A DNA stretch of 64,000 nucleotides. It comes from Natator depressus (lineage: Eukaryota). A program made the position numbers and the translations under genes. The notes beneath the pieces were generated by a model. It was not told where the DNA came from. It saw only the letters and a program-made list of their open reading frames with translations, and did not search any database. The stretch spans positions 39,330,920 through 39,394,919 of the forward strand of contig NC_134234.1 in assembly GCF_965152275.1 (NCBI RefSeq), in the 5' to 3' direction. Positions 25,860 to 39,125 of this stretch are shown here, piece by piece; the first letter of the stretch is position 1; every line of letters starts with the position of its first letter.

Positions 25860-26075
25860 CCATTCCTTAGTATCTGAGCACCTCCCTCACAACTCCCCTG
25901 TGAGGGACGGCAGTACTACTATCCCCATTTTAGAGATGGGAAACTAATGCTCAGAAGGGCTTTGTGACTTGCCTGAGGTCACACAGGAAGTGGGTGGCAG
26001 AGCAGGGACTTGGACCCAGGTCTCCCAAATCCTAGGCTAGTTCCCTAATCATTGAGCTATCCTTCATTAACATTT
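25860..26075. repeat. MIR-like SINE.
   Basis: The sequence reads ccccattttagagatgggaaactaatgctcagaagggctttgtgacttgcctgaggtcacacaggaagtgggtggcagagcagggacttggacccaggtctcc. A partial related copy sits at 32020-32125. Confidence 0.5.
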
Positions 26076-26149
26076 TAGTTCTAGGTAGTGATTAACAATT
26101 GCACTGTTGTCTTGCATATTTTAAGACTAGGATTTTCATTCTGATTTAG

Positions 26150-26339
26150 ATTACGTCAGATTCCTTCTCATCTTATGCAATATCCTGCTCAAGCAGTAAG
26201 AGTTCTGTTGGCTGGATTTAAACCTCCTTTGTATGATACAGAAAAAAAGAGAATTCCATACTGCCCTGAATGGAGCATGCAAGCATTATGGGCCATGATA
26301 GACTGTCTTCAAGGCAAAAAGCTCTATGCTTCCACAGTG
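26150..26339 (+). CDS. RNF17: RNF17 coding exon, the extended-Tudor linker. Translation: [64 protein letters not shown].
   Basis: Acceptor ttcattctgatttag|A at 26149 and donor ACAGTG|gtaagt at 26340. Phase: AA + A gives K. The L..LP..F..P.QA..C.LAG.KP motif is typical of extended Tudor domains. Confidence 0.55.
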
Positions 26340-27039
26340 GTAAGTTTTTCTTTTTAGTTCCTGCCAAACATGAGGTATCTTGGTTTTAACATTTTAAGTG
26401 GAATGTCTGAACCTTATACAAGATTTATTGTGAACCTTGTTCTTTGGTTTAAAAAAATTAGACTCATAAACACTTTAATGTTGTGATGTTTCTGAAAAAG
26501 GCAGAGGATCAAGTGCATAGGAATTTTCTTCACCGTGTTACAGACAGCCCACTTCCCAAGCCCGCCTGCCTGCCTGCATGATTTTAACCTCCTTTATTAC
26601 TCCTCCACTAGAAACCATCATTCTTGCTTTTATGCTTCACATTTCCATTTGGGTTAGCGGTGTCCAGTGCCCAAAATAAACAATAGGTCTGTAAGTACTA
26701 AAAATGTACTGTCTCCTTCCTTCCCTCCTTCCCCTGCTTCTCCTTGCCTTTTTGCTGCCCCCTAATATTCCTCCTCATTCTCCTGTTAAGGTACCCAGAT
26801 ATTCAAAGTGAAAATCTGACCCACCTATCACAGAGGATTTTTTTTGTCACTTTGATGGGAAGGTCAAGGAGGTGAACAATAAAAAAGTAGGCTTTTGGGG
26901 GATGTTTGAGCTGCCTCTCCATCAGTCATTTTATTCTCTGTCCCGATCTATTGGATAGCCACTGACACATACAAACTCATGCAGCCGTCCCACATGTTAC
27001 TTTCAATCTCTTTCCCACCTGCCCCCTTCTCTTTGGGCT

Positions 27040-27335
27040 TGTCTACATTACCCACACGATCGAGGGGCAGCAATTGATCCAGCGGTGGTCGATTTAGCTT
27101 GTCTAGTCTAGACGCGATAAATCAACCACCGAGCGCGCTCCCATCAACTCCAGTACTCTACCGGAGCGAGAGATGCAAGCGGAGTCAATGGGGGAGTGTC
27201 AGCTGTCGACTCACCGCAGCGAAGACACCGGGGTGAGTAGATCTAAGTATGTCGACTTCAGCTACATTATTCACATAGCTGAAGTTGCATAACTTAGATC
27301 GATCTCCCCCCACAGTGTAGACCAGGCCTTTGTGT
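27040..27335. mobile_element. MITE with GTCTACA-type TIRs.
   Basis: It begins gggcttgtctacattacccac and ends cccacagtgtagaccaggcc. The internal sequence is rich in reverse complements (gtcgac, agatct). Confidence 0.45.
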
Positions 27336-28229
27336 CTTCCACTTACCTTCAACACGCTCTGGAATTCTGGCTACTCTATTTATTGAAAACTTCTATGCCT
27401 TGTGGATCTGAGTTAGGGATGTTTGTAAAATGTTAACATTGTTATTAACCAAATTTCTGAAATCTAAAGATAATGGAATATTTGTATAAAATCGTCTTAA
27501 GTTACTTCAGTATATTTAATGTCAAGTGGTTTAAAAAAAAAGTTCTTACTGGGTAGTTTGGCTAAGGGTTGCATTAATCACTGAAGGAACTTGCTACTAT
27601 CAGTTAACAATTTTATGTGGGAATATGCTATTTAATATAAAACAAAAAAATTTTAATTTCCAAATGGACATTTGTGTTGTACAATCATTATCCTGTGTCT
27701 AACATTTACCTAAAAAATTTCCTTCCAAAACCTTGTAACTTTCATCATATACGCAAAGTGAAAACTTAAACTGATTTTAAAAGAAACTTGTAATAGAGAT
27801 CAGGCTTAGTTCACGCAGTACTGTAATATTTTTCAGTTTTATGTTCACTTTCAAATGAACAGATCAGATAACTAAGGGTTTTTTTCCTTTTTTAATTCCT
27901 ATCATCAAATTTTAAGCTTAGCATCATTGCCATTTTTTTCTACTTAATGGGATTAAACTAATGATTCACTTATTTTTGCAACTGTCTTTCCCACCCCAGC
28001 CCTCTTGTTTATCTCATCCACCTGTTATGTCTTGTCTTTTACACTATAAGCTGTTTGGGACAGGGACTGCCCTTTTCCCTATTTTTGTACAGTATCTAGC
28101 TCAATAGAGCTCCAGTCTGGTTGGCCTTTAGACATTACTGCAGTATAGATGTAGAAGAATAATTGCAGCAGTCAACTCTTACTACTTGAAACAGATCTTT
28201 CTGTACTTCTGAAAATTTCTGATTTCCAG

Positions 28230-28328
28230 ACTCAGTCTCCAGAGCAAACTGTGTTTTTGTATGACGATGAACAATGCTTAGTTCACATGAAGCTGGTAGA
28301 AATGGGATTAGCAGACTTTGATCAATGA
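28230..28328 (+). CDS. RNF17: RNF17 terminal coding exon. Translation: TQSPEQTVFLYDDEQCLVHMKLVEMGLADFDQ*, with stop TGA at 28326-28328.
   Basis: Acceptor gatttccag at 28221-28229. The end of the Tudor fold (L..LV..GLA) is followed by a stop. Further RNF17 exons between 26340 and 28230 may have been missed. Confidence 0.45.
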   Translation, partial: TQSPEQTVFLYDDEQCLVHMKLVEMGLADFDQ

Positions 28329-30179
28329 CATATGTAAGTACAGTAAACTTGAAGTGTCACTTGAGGCAATTATAAAAAGTAAGATTTTTTAAATCTAATA
28401 TTTATTAAGCAGTGGGCTCAATTGTTTTTTAAATAATCATCTGACCAGAACTAGCTTTTTTTTTTTTTAATACCCTTTGGGTGCTAATGTAATGTAAATG
28501 GCAAATAGTTATTTTATAATAAATATGTAAACAAAAAAGTGCAATAATATTAGAAAACAAAACATTGCAGCACAACTGTACATTCTTGTGATCAGATGAT
28601 AGCTACACAGTCGATGCTGCCTGCTTTCACACAGTCAAAAGCAGCTCTTGGTCCTTTGAGGAGCAAATCCTTGTCTGTTTGCTTAAACCTGACCTGAAGT
28701 CTAGGGTCTAGTTTGAGAGCCAATAAGGACTGGAACAAGCTATTAAGTTCAACCAGCGTACAGAGGGAAGAGAGACTTTTATAGCCTGCTTGTAATCCAG
28801 ATAATCACTGACGAAACAGGTGAAATTGCAAGTGACTGGCAATTTTACAGTAGTCTCTATACAAACAGTAGTGACAAGTTACATCTGCAAGAACCAAGCT
28901 GCTTCCTCCACTAGAACCTCTTCAACTCCCATATTCTGGGGCAGTCTTTTTTCCCTATAGATAGCAAGATACTTTTTCTGTTAAACATTCATTTCAGAAT
29001 CTTGTTACATGATATGCCTTGGTGCATGGTGGCATATTTCCTACTACAGTCTCTTTGCTTATTAGTTTGCTTCACTGGTTTATTATGGTGACTAAACCAG
29101 TCATTCTTGTCTTTATAGTTGTATATATTGTAATATGTTGTCCTATGATTACTTTTATAGTAATTAGTGAAACCAGTGCATAATGTATTAATGAGGCAGT
29201 ATAGACTGTTCTTTCTGTACCTGGTAGTAGTTTAGACTCCTTAGTTAAGGAGCCTACCAGATACGGAGAAAGTAGCTGTTTTATTATCTAAATTTGACAC
29301 TAGTTTTTGTGTTTCCAGGTATACTATATAGAGAGCTTTTGATGAAGACTACAGTATCTGAAGAGGAAAGGTGGTTTTTTTGGGAGGGAGTTGGTGGTTG
29401 TTTTTTTTTTTTTTTTTAATTTTGTTCTGGCATGTTAATTTGCCTTGTCTTGTTCTTTCTACATACAGTAATTGAGTGGAATGCCTGAAATACTCAGGTG
29501 TGGTTTTTTTGTTCAGAGCTGTTTTCATAACTATGGAAGGATAATGTTAAAATAAATATTTGTTTTGTTTACCTTGCATCTGAAAGAAAAAGCTTTTGTT
29601 TTATTTGTTGATGCTTTTCCTTCATACTTGTACAAGACAAGTATGTGGGTTACCTCGTTTATATCATCTGAGGAGTGTGGGTTTCAAAGCGCCAAAGCAA
29701 AACGACAGGTCCAGCACCAAGGACAGATTGCAGTTTGGAGGTCTTGAAGTTTTCACTTTATTGCTCCGTTTGTACATGAGAGGGGAACATAAAGGAACAA
29801 AATGATAGTGTCCTAAGAGTGTTTGAAGTAATTAATGTTGGCACATTCAATGTCTCATATATGAAATGACTTATTTATGGCTCTCAAGATTGCTCACCTA
29901 GTTCTTACATAATAGTCTCAAGAGTTAACATAGTCCTTTTTTAGAGCAACATCTCCCGAAGTTGTCAGCTTTTCTGGACATCGTTTTACAGCATGATTCA
30001 GAATTTTAATGACTTAGTGACCACCTGGAAATATCTAGCATTTATAAACTGTTCTCTGTTCTTAGTACCTCCTGCAGCAAGCTTTTAATTTCTCCTTATA
30101 GAACATGCTCTCATCATACCAGTATTTTGGGTGTTTAGTAAAGACTTATCTATGGACCATGTGTATTGAACAGCTTAAA

Positions 30180-31190
30180 TGCACGCTCCAATTCCTCTCA
30201 GCAGACAGGAGCAAAGAGGAATTGGGCTAGATCTACACTGGAATTTAAGCACCTAAGTCCAACAGTTAGATGCCCGGATCATCCTCAGAACTCCTCAGTT
30301 GCTGCCTAATCCTGTAGGGGCCTAAATTCCCACAAATGGGCATGTTCAAAAGCACTTAAGTTCAGACCCAGCCGAGCTGCTTGACCCCCTAGCTCATGCC
30401 TAAGACCCAGCAGAATTCACAAACTAGGTCTTTCCTACTTTTCAGGAGCAGGGCTGCATCCAGTGATTCAGCACATTAGTCAGATCGCACTTCCCACAAA
30501 AGAGAGCTGAAGCCATCCACATTGCAGTGTGTGTTGGTTAGAGCAATCTGCTGGGAGGTGGGAGACCTGTTTTCAAATTCCCAATGTGCTTGATTTGGAG
30601 CAGGAACTTGGACCTCCCACATCCCAGTTGAGTGCCCAAACCCTACCCCCACCCCAGGCTATCGGATATTCACAGATGGGTCTTTCTCTGTCCCCTGAAG
30701 CTGTTCCACTTTGTATAAATACTAATTGGGCCAGAGAGAAAGAGACCAAAGCTGATGATTAGGGCAGTCATGTGGGATATGGGAGACCCAAGTGCATGTC
30801 CCTGCTCCAAATCAAGCAGGGCTGGGGGAGGGACCTTGAAACAGGTTCCTTATCTCTGAACTGAGTGCCTAACTGCTGTAGCTCTAAGGGGATGGGACGG
30901 TGTCTAATTTTTGAGAAAGTCATGTATATTAGGTTAGCCCCAACTCCAGGAAGAGGTTCACAGCTGTGACTCCCCAAGCAGAGATAGGCACCTAACTCCT
31001 TTGGGGGGGGGCTTAAAGCAGCTCCCCACTGAGGATGCTGGCTTCTGTGAATCCCATTCTTAAGTGTCTAATTCACCCCATGCATTGGAAAGGAGCCTGG
31101 GCACTTAAGTTGGGGCAGAGGATTCCACTGAACAACAGAGCACCTAAAAGTTAGGTGTCATAACACTGGGCAACCAAATCCCTTTCTGGA
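30180..31190. repeat. Interspersed repeat with an internal inverted duplication, about 30530-30640 against 30770-30860.
   Basis: The aggcacctaa / cttaagtgcc / gggcacttaagttgg motif family recurs. The reverse complement of gtgcttgatttggagcaggaacttggacctcccacatccc is found again at 30780-30830. Confidence 0.4.
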
Positions 31191-34079
31191 TTTAGCTCTT
31201 CTGCCTCTGCTTTTACAATATCCTTTCTGGTATAATTCAGTACATTACATTAAGCAAATAGACGAAGTATGTCTAATTTCCTTTTCTCCCTTGTTTTCCC
31301 ATTTTAAAATGCTTATTTTAATGCCACCTTATTTTGACGGAAAACTCTGCTTAACTAGTTATTTTGGTGGACCTTCAGCAGATCCTGCATTATTCTTAGA
31401 ACACTGTTCAATTACAAACTCCTGGTAAGTTTGACTGTTCCATTTAATACATTCTTTTGAATACTAGCTCCTGACTCTCTTGAGAGAGCCCCAGTTTGCT
31501 ATGAAATATTGAGTCTTATTCTTTGAAGTGTCCAATTTGAATGTGCCATAAACTTTCCAGTGCCTACTGTATAGGCCTTGCTACCTGACTATCACCACCA
31601 TTTCCAAGGGCTTGAGTCTGTTTTTGCTAAACTGCCATTTTCTCACCTCATAATTACTGATTATGTAGTTTGTTGGGCTTTCTTTTAAGGAAGAAAGATA
31701 TAATGTAGTGAAAACTTAATGTCTTGCTTGATAACATTTTCATGGTGGTGAAATGGTTCAGCACCCATGGAACAATTGCTATACGATGGGCAGAATTCAT
31801 AGTGTTTGTTCCAGTTACCTCAGTATTTTTTTACTATAATCTGTGACTATTTCTAAAACGTAATGTTTTCCAATGGCTAGTAGCTCCTAGCAAAAACGTA
31901 ACTCCTTCAAGGTGGTAGAGGGAACTGCTACTATTTCTCCAGTTAACATGTTTTCTTAAAAGGCCCAAGTCCGCACAGGCACCCAGGGAAAGGAATTGTC
32001 ACATACGGCATAGGAGTTTTTATATTTAATACCAACCAGTTAAGCACTAAATCTTATTGCTGCTATAAAGCAGAAGAATTGCCCCTATTTTACAGATGGA
32101 GCAATTGAGGCAGGGAGGTTATGGAACTTTTTCAGCTGTTGAAGTCCACACTCCTGTGGTGTGATCGTGTGCTTTTCTTCCATCTTTGACTGTTTGATAT
32201 TTTATTGTTTTGGATTATCACTGTACTCTGCAATCCTCAGTCACAATCTTTGAGAGTGAAAGTTACTGCCTTATGTAGAAGAATCACAGCAGCATCTATC
32301 ACTTCTCTATGAAACTTTACCATTTACTAGAGATGAGCTGCTGTAATAAAAGGGAAGGTAAGGAAAAAGTTTTTTGGAGTATGTCAATATGTGTGGGTGG
32401 TCCATTGTACACTTTGCATGCCCTTGCGTGCTCAATTGGAGACTTCAAAGTAGTGTCTGCAGGAGCGTGCCTATGCAGAGCAGCACCTTATGCTCAGAAC
32501 AAGGCCTCTACAGTACAGGCTGCCTTGGTCCCACAGTTGCTGCTTCGTCTGAGCCACTAGCCAGTAAGCAAAAGAGGAAAATACCTCTCCCCACAAGGAA
32601 ACAGGACTGATCACCCCCATCAAATTCATTCTCAGGAGATCTCATCCCTTTATGGGTACAGCAGAGACTCCAATCAACTCCAGTTCTAAGGTGTCCATAT
32701 TGCAGAAGAAATCCTCTTTAGACATAGCTCCCACTCTCAGAACAACTACTGCAGCAGCACTATCTGACACAATGTGGCACCGCAAGACACACACAGCTAC
32801 CATCCATGCTCCAGTACCAGTATTTCACCATACCTCTGAAAGGGGAGATCACTACAGTACCATGACAGCCTCCATCTCACCAGGCAGCACTGACCCAAAC
32901 TTCATTTGAAAGCTATCAGAACCCTCCACCTCCTTCCAGGTTCCTTTTGTGAGAGTATCTCATTATCTCTGCTGAACCTGAGTCACTAGGGAAGATCTGC
33001 CTCCCCATACAAAAGCAACAAGTTACAATTTGTTTGTGTCCAGCCTTTGGTACTAGTTAGACCCTCCCATACTGTGATGTTTCACTCCATGATTAACACA
33101 TACTCCAAGTTACACATTTTATTGAGCATTTGCTGAAAGATCAGCTTCAATTTATCAGTGCTGAAGGACAGCTGGTTGTGAAAGCCTCCCTGTAAATTGC
33201 CCAAGATATTGCTGACAGCCTCCAGTCCTCAGGCCTTCCAAGAAAAGTTCAAAACAGTGGAAGACCTTGTGTTTTGAAGGGCCTATGCTCTTCAGTAAAC
33301 CTAAGACTCCCCTCTCCACATACTCAAGACACCAGAGCAGTGCTGTAATAACTGGGGATTTATGTGCCTGTAACAAAAAGGCACTTTAGTAGATCCCAAG
33401 CTGCTCAAAGATAGAGATCATTCCAGTACCATCAGCACACTTTCTCTAAGGAGCAGGAGCCCACAAAAACAGGTATCTCCCAGCCATACTTCTACCCAAT
33501 TAGCCCCTCCTTCTAAGAGGCACTTTTGACACCTTGGTTGAGGGCATAAACTAATTCACTCCAACGGATCACCTGTTGTGCAACTACCCTCCTCCCCTTT
33601 GAAGATTAGCACATTACCTCAGACAAATGGATACTGAACGTTGTCAAATTAAGATATGCTATCCACTTCCATTCTATTCCTCCCTCAAGCCCTACCCCTC
33701 ATCCTTCTCATGAGGAACTCTTAAAACAAGTTGCCTCTTCTCCTTCTGGGAGCAACAGAACCAGCCTGACCAGAGTCATCAGAAGAGAGTTCAGTTCCAA
33801 TTACTTCCTTGTTCCTAAGAAAGATGCAGACCAATCCTTGACTTAAAATAACTCTCCTAGCACAGCACTTCAGAATGGTGACATTAGCTTCCATAAGTTC
33901 ATCCTTAGATCCAGGAGGCTGAGATGTTGTACTTGACTTTAAGGACACCTACTTTCATGTAGCCATCCACCCCTCCCACAAGTATTTCCCAAGATTTGTG
34001 CTCTGGGGAGAGCACTGTCAATATCAAGGTTTTCCCGTTTGGACTCTCCTGGTCCCCTGGGGTGTTCACAGATATTCTC

Positions 34080-34390
34080 TTTGTGGCACCTTAGAGACTA
34101 ACAAATTTATTTGAGCATAAGCTTTCGTGAGCTAAGCTCACGAAAGCTAATGCTCAAATAAATTTCATAGAATATCAGGATTGGAAGAGACTTCAGGAGA
34201 TCTAGTCCAATCCCCTGCTCAAAGCAGGACCAATCCCTAAATGGCCCTCAAGAATTGAACTCACAACCCCGGGTTTGGCAGGCCAATGCTCAAACCACTG
34301 AGCTATCCCTCCCCAGTATTTGTTAGTCTCTAAAGGTGCCACAAGTACTCCTTTTCTTTTTGCGAATACAGACTAACACGGCTGCTACTC
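34080..34390. repeat. Hairpin PLE-terminal-repeat element carrying a SINE insertion.
   Basis: The arms lie at 34080-34150 and 34320-34390 and belong to the tggcaccttagagactaacaaatttatttgagcataagctttcgtgagct family. Confidence 0.6.
34150..34330 (-). mobile_element. tRNA-derived SINE (tortoise Pol III/SINE-like) with a CR1-like tail.
   Basis: The reverse complement reads ggggagggatagctcagtggtttgagcattggcctgccaaacccggggttgtgagttcaattcttgagggccatttagggattgg..gactagatctcctgaagtctcttccaatcctgatattctatg, a tRNA-like head with A and B boxes followed by a CR1 3' motif. Confidence 0.65.
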
Positions 34391-37300
34391 TGAAATCTGT
34401 GGTAATAGCTTGCCTCAAATTCAGTGTTCCCATGTTCGGATGGCTTCTCAGAAGCTGGTTGCCCCAAGAGATCCAGTTGTCAACATCCAGAGCATTAACA
34501 GTATTCCAATCTCTGGGCCTTCACATCAACTGCAAAAAAAAAAAAAAAAAAAATCCATACTAGCTGCAGTACAGGGAATAGACTTTGTAGGAGCTACTCT
34601 GGACTCCACAATAGCAAGAGCCTCCCTATCCAAGGAGAAATTCTCCACCCAGTCCAACCTAATTTCAAGATTACAGGCAGCCCACAAATAGTGAGGTCTT
34701 GTCAACAGGTCTGGGTCACATCAGCCTCCATGTATGTGACTACATGGAGATGCCTCCAGACATGGATAAGAACAGCATATACCCAAACACACAGAGCCTG
34801 TCCAAATGCATCAGAGTGCTTGGAAGGTGTTGGATTCTTAGATGGTGGAAAGACCCTTGGAGGGTCTGTGTTGGAGTCCCATTTTTGTATCCAGCACCTT
34901 CAAAAGCATAGCACATGCATCTGTTGGGATGGAGAGCCCACCTACCAATAGCCAGCACAGGGCCAATGGTCAGCACAGGAATCTGCATTCACTCTCACTA
35001 TACTGAAGCTAAGAGCAGTATGATATGTTTGCCAATGCTTCCTTCATGCCATACAAGGTCACTCAGGATAATGCCTGACAACAAGGCAGCAATGTATTAC
35101 TTCAGCTGCCAGTCCTTATGCACAGTGTCACTAAAGCTATGGAACTGGCGCATCTCCAATAGGGTAGAAATAGCAGCAGTCTATCTACCAGGCCTCCAGA
35201 ATATAATTGCAAATTTCCTGAGCAGGCACTTCTGGCAAGATCGCAAACAGGAGCACAAAACTAGCTTCCACAGCATCTGCCAGCCTGCGAAAGACCTCTT
35301 GGCTATCCGAACAATGGAAAATGTCATCTGTTCTACTCCAAGGGATTTTATGACCACAACTCTCTAGTGGTTTCCCTGATACGCATAAAGAAGATTCCAG
35401 AGTCATGGTGTTTGTCATCGGTAGCTACCGGTGTGGTGCTCCACTCTTGTTCGATGATAACAGTCGGCTGTGTGCGTGTTCCCTCTGTGTACTGCCCCAG
35501 CTCTGCACAGATAGCTAAACACAGCAGACCCTGAGAGAACCCCCCAAAACCACAGACTCTAATAAGGTATGAAGAAACCCAAGCTAGGTTTGTCAAATGA
35601 AGCACACTAATAGTTCCCTATAGACTCTACCGGGCATACTATGAATTTGTGCTCCCCGACAATGGCCACAGCTCAGACAGTGACAGGACACGCCACTGCC
35701 CGCTAGGCTGGACAAATATGTGCACTCCAGGGCCTACTTTTATACTGTTGCAGGACAGATTACTCATCATAGTTCAAACAAATCTATCCATCATGTTGTC
35801 CTTTTGACTCTGTCTTTAAGATGCACCTGCCTGTTCCTTGTTAGGTCTATGGAATGTCTTGCTGCCGTCTTGGCACAAGTTCCTCTCATTAGCTGTGTGT
35901 GTGTGTGCACGCGCGTGCCTCTAACAACCTTTTCTTGCCAACTTCTGTGAGTGGGACTGGCCTCTGGCTCACAGCCCAGCTTTGCTTATCATTGCCTGGA
36001 AGTACTTTGGTTCAGGCTTTACTTTGGTTGAGGCTTCACGCCTCAGACTGGGCCTCTGATACAAGAATATGTTTCAGGGCCTCTTTTTGCTACATGTTAA
36101 CTAACTGTACCATTAAATCCTCAAGACCCTTCTCAAGCTGCACTGTGAGGTATCCTCAGAGCACCCTGCTTGGTTGAGCCACGTGTGGTACACAAACCTC
36201 ATCTCTCTCTCTCAAAAGGTAACACCCCTCAGACTTTCTATCACAAAAGGCATATTGACACATGACTTAGGGCCCTCATCAGTCCTAACCCTTTCTCCTT
36301 GAATCTGAGAGCATGGAATTGCCCTTTTTGGTTAAAATTCAGTCAGTTCTCTTATCCAAGAGAAAGGCCAGTATTTGCAAGAGTCACCTCCAGAAGTGGA
36401 AGCGCTTCCAGTTTGGTGCTCCATCCCATCTTCTCTAGCCTTGGAGGTTCCACTTTCCAAGATCCTGGACTATGTATTAGAATAAAAAAAAAAAAAAAAA
36501 AGACTCTGATAGAGTTCATTTGAGACACCCTTCCTCTAACCTAGCCAGGACTTTGGTGTCTTTGGCCACACCCCAGCCACTGGAGTTCTTAAGGGCCTAT
36601 GCAACTTCCCCCCACCCCCACAGACCTCAGCCTGGTTTTAAACACAAAAAACCATCCCTTTGAAACAGTGGCAACCTGTTCCCCCCTCCACCTCTCCCTC
36701 AAAATTTTGATCTTAATCACCATTCCCCCAGCAAGGTGATCTGGGAGCACTCATGGTGGACCCACAGTACACCACTTTCTGCAAAGACAAGGTTATACTA
36801 TATCTCCATCATTGCTTCCTCCCAAAGGTCTCCTTGAAATCACTAACCAGGACATTTGCCTTCCAGTTTTCTGCACAAAACCTCATGCCTCCAGAAAGAA
36901 ATAAAGCTTTCATTCACTGGATGTCAGAAGGGCATTTGCTTTCTAGCTGGACAGAGCTTAAACCATTCCAGGCTACTTAAATTAGTTGCAGATAGGATGA
37001 AGGACTAACCAATTTCCACGCTAAGATTGTCGAAGTGGATTTCAGGTTGCATCTTGACCTGCTATGAAAATGCAACAGTGCAACCCCCCCCTCCCCCGAG
37101 TAGCAGCACATTCCACTAGTGTTCAGTCCACAGCTATAGCACTACTGAAGGACATTGTACTGCTACATAGTCTTCTATCCATATCTTTGCCAAGTTGCTG
37201 CTTCCAGAGACACCATATTCAAAGTGACCTGGACTTACCTCTTCGGCACCCCCCACCTCATTGAGTTACTGCTTGAGAGGCTCCTACAGTGGACATAAGG

Positions 37301-37899
37301 GACATACTTGAAGAAGGAGAGGTTACTTACCTTCCAGCAATGAGGTCTTTGAGATATTTTTGCCTTAGGGGTATTCAAAATTCTGCTATCCTTCCCCTCT
37401 ACTGTGGAATTCGGCTTCACAGTTAAGGAACTGAGTGGCAGCAGGCTTGTACATCCCTGGATGCCCCCCCCCCTCTGAGCAACTGGAACTGCTCTGTGCA
37501 AGCATGGGCCTGCAGACACTACATTGCATGCCCATATGAGAGTGCACGAACACCAAGTTGTGTCTTATGTCCCTATGGAAGAACTTAGGTTACTGTAAGC
37601 TAAGTAACCTCTTCTTGCCATGCAACAAGTCCATTTGGTGAGTCCCAAGTATCAACAAATGATAGAATTCACATTTTATACACTACCCAAATAAAGTGAT
37701 AAGCACCACTGATGCTTAGATTCTGCTTCAGGTGGTCTTGCAGCGTTACATGCAGCTTAGCTCTTATGTTTGTGGCTAGTTAAGATTTTTGGTGCTAGAG
37801 CTGAATCCTATCAGCTGGCAATTAGTTTTAGCATCTCTCTTCAATGTCTAATACAAAGTCTCCTTGAACCCTTAAGGCTAGTGCTCACCAACCTGTTGA

Positions 37900-38470
37900 T
37901 TGCGGTTGTTGTGGGCGCAGGCTGCCCCCCCTCCCCTAGAGACATGCCAGCCACTTCTGGATGTGGCGTGAGGCCATGGCAGGCAGGCAGCCTGCCTGAG
38001 TCCTGCTGTGCCACTGATCGGGAGCTGCCGGTGGTATGCGCCTCCCAACTGGAGCCTGCACTTTGCACCTCAAAGCCCTGCCCCAGCCCTGAGCCCCCTC
38101 TTGCACCCCAAACCCCTGCCCCAGGTTCAGCCAATGCACAACCCACAGTTGAGATTGTTACACTGATTTGAGACAGTCCCTGAAGGATTTTGGATCTATA
38201 AACCACACATGACACTAATAAAAAGTGAAACTCATGAAATGTCCAGTGGATTCTATGAGATTAGGTGCAGTGTGACCACATGACCCCTGCACCCAAACTC
38301 CCTCCCAGAGCTTGCACCTCTCACTCCTACAGCCCAAACCCCTGCCCCAGGCTCAGTGTGGAGCCTCCTTCCACACTCAACCCCTTGGCCCCAGCCCAGA
38401 GCCTGCACCCCAACCTCCTGCCTCCGCCCGGTTAGTGAAAGAGTGGGGGAGAGTGAGCAACAGACTGAGT
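37900..38470. repeat. GC-rich tandem or diverged repeat blocks (..ctgcaccccaa(a/c)c(c/t)cctgccccag..) just 3' of CENPJ.
   Basis: The motifs gcaccccaaacccctgccccagg, cccagagcctgcaccccaacctcctgcc and cccagagcttgcacctc recur at 38040-38140 and 38290-38440. Confidence 0.4.
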
Positions 38471-38932
38471 GAGGCAGGGCAGATCCTGGATTCATCTTAA
38501 ATTCAAAGTTATTTTGTGCATATAAAGGTTGGTGACCACTGCCTTAGGCATAAGGTTTTAATCACTTCAGACTGCAAATCATGTAGTTGACAACAGCACT
38601 TGGTTTCTTTCACCAGCAAGACTTATTGCATCTAGTGATAAATAATTAAATATATGCTACTTTGAAAGGGAATTTAGGAAGTAGCTGCTTAACTCACATA
38701 TGAAAGCAGACAGAAATTTCTCAAAGTAAGCCCTTTTGATAGACCAAGTCAGAGACATCTCCTTAATTTCATTGTTTATTTTAAAAATAAATTTATTTTT
38801 GACAATCAAACAAAATTATGTACAATATGTACATTGGGTAAAGTTGTTGGGTTTTTTTTTGTTTTTTTTTTTAACAAATATACACTTTTGCTAAGTGTGA
38901 TAGGTGCTTACAAGAGTTTCATAAGTCATATG

Positions 38933-39125
38933 TTATAACTTAGTGTCCATTATAACATTACCATCCTTGTCCTTAACTCTTACTCTCCCACAGACATATT
39001 TAGTTTCCTGGTGTCCATTCGCATACACAGTCTTGACAGTGCCATCTGGATATTCACGTCTCTTGAACTGTGGCGTATGCAGCTCTCTCTGGCCATTGTT
39101 AAATTCTATAGTTTTGCTTCCATCT
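38933..39125 (-). CDS. CENPJ: CENPJ/CPAP last coding exon (G-box/TCP10 C-terminal domain). Translation: (R)[63 protein letters not shown].
   Basis: The reverse-strand translation matches the CENPJ C-terminus nearly residue for residue. The acceptor ttaatacag is the reverse complement of forward 39126-39133. The stop TAA is the reverse complement of 38933-38935. Several AATAAA signals lie about 130-170 bp further on the - strand (forward tttatt around 38762-38800). Confidence 0.8.

Larger units (their letters stand above)
32640..35420 (+). mobile_element. DIRS-like fragment, copy 4 (gag, RT and RNase H remnants), interrupted at 34090-34390.
   Basis: The RT box ..ILDLK.LS...F.DLCSGESTVNIKVFPFGLSWSPGVFT is at 33800-34080. 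RNase H (IMPDNKAAMYYF...AAVYLPGLQNIIANFLSR) is at 34915-35367. Confidence 0.5.

Noticed and set aside
34150-34260. A tRNA-like sequence (ggggagggatagctcagtggtttgagcattggcc...gttcaattc).
   Set aside because: It has a CR1-like 3' tail and sits inside a nested TE, which is the structure of a tRNA-derived SINE and not a functional tRNA gene. The acceptor-stem pairing is imperfect.
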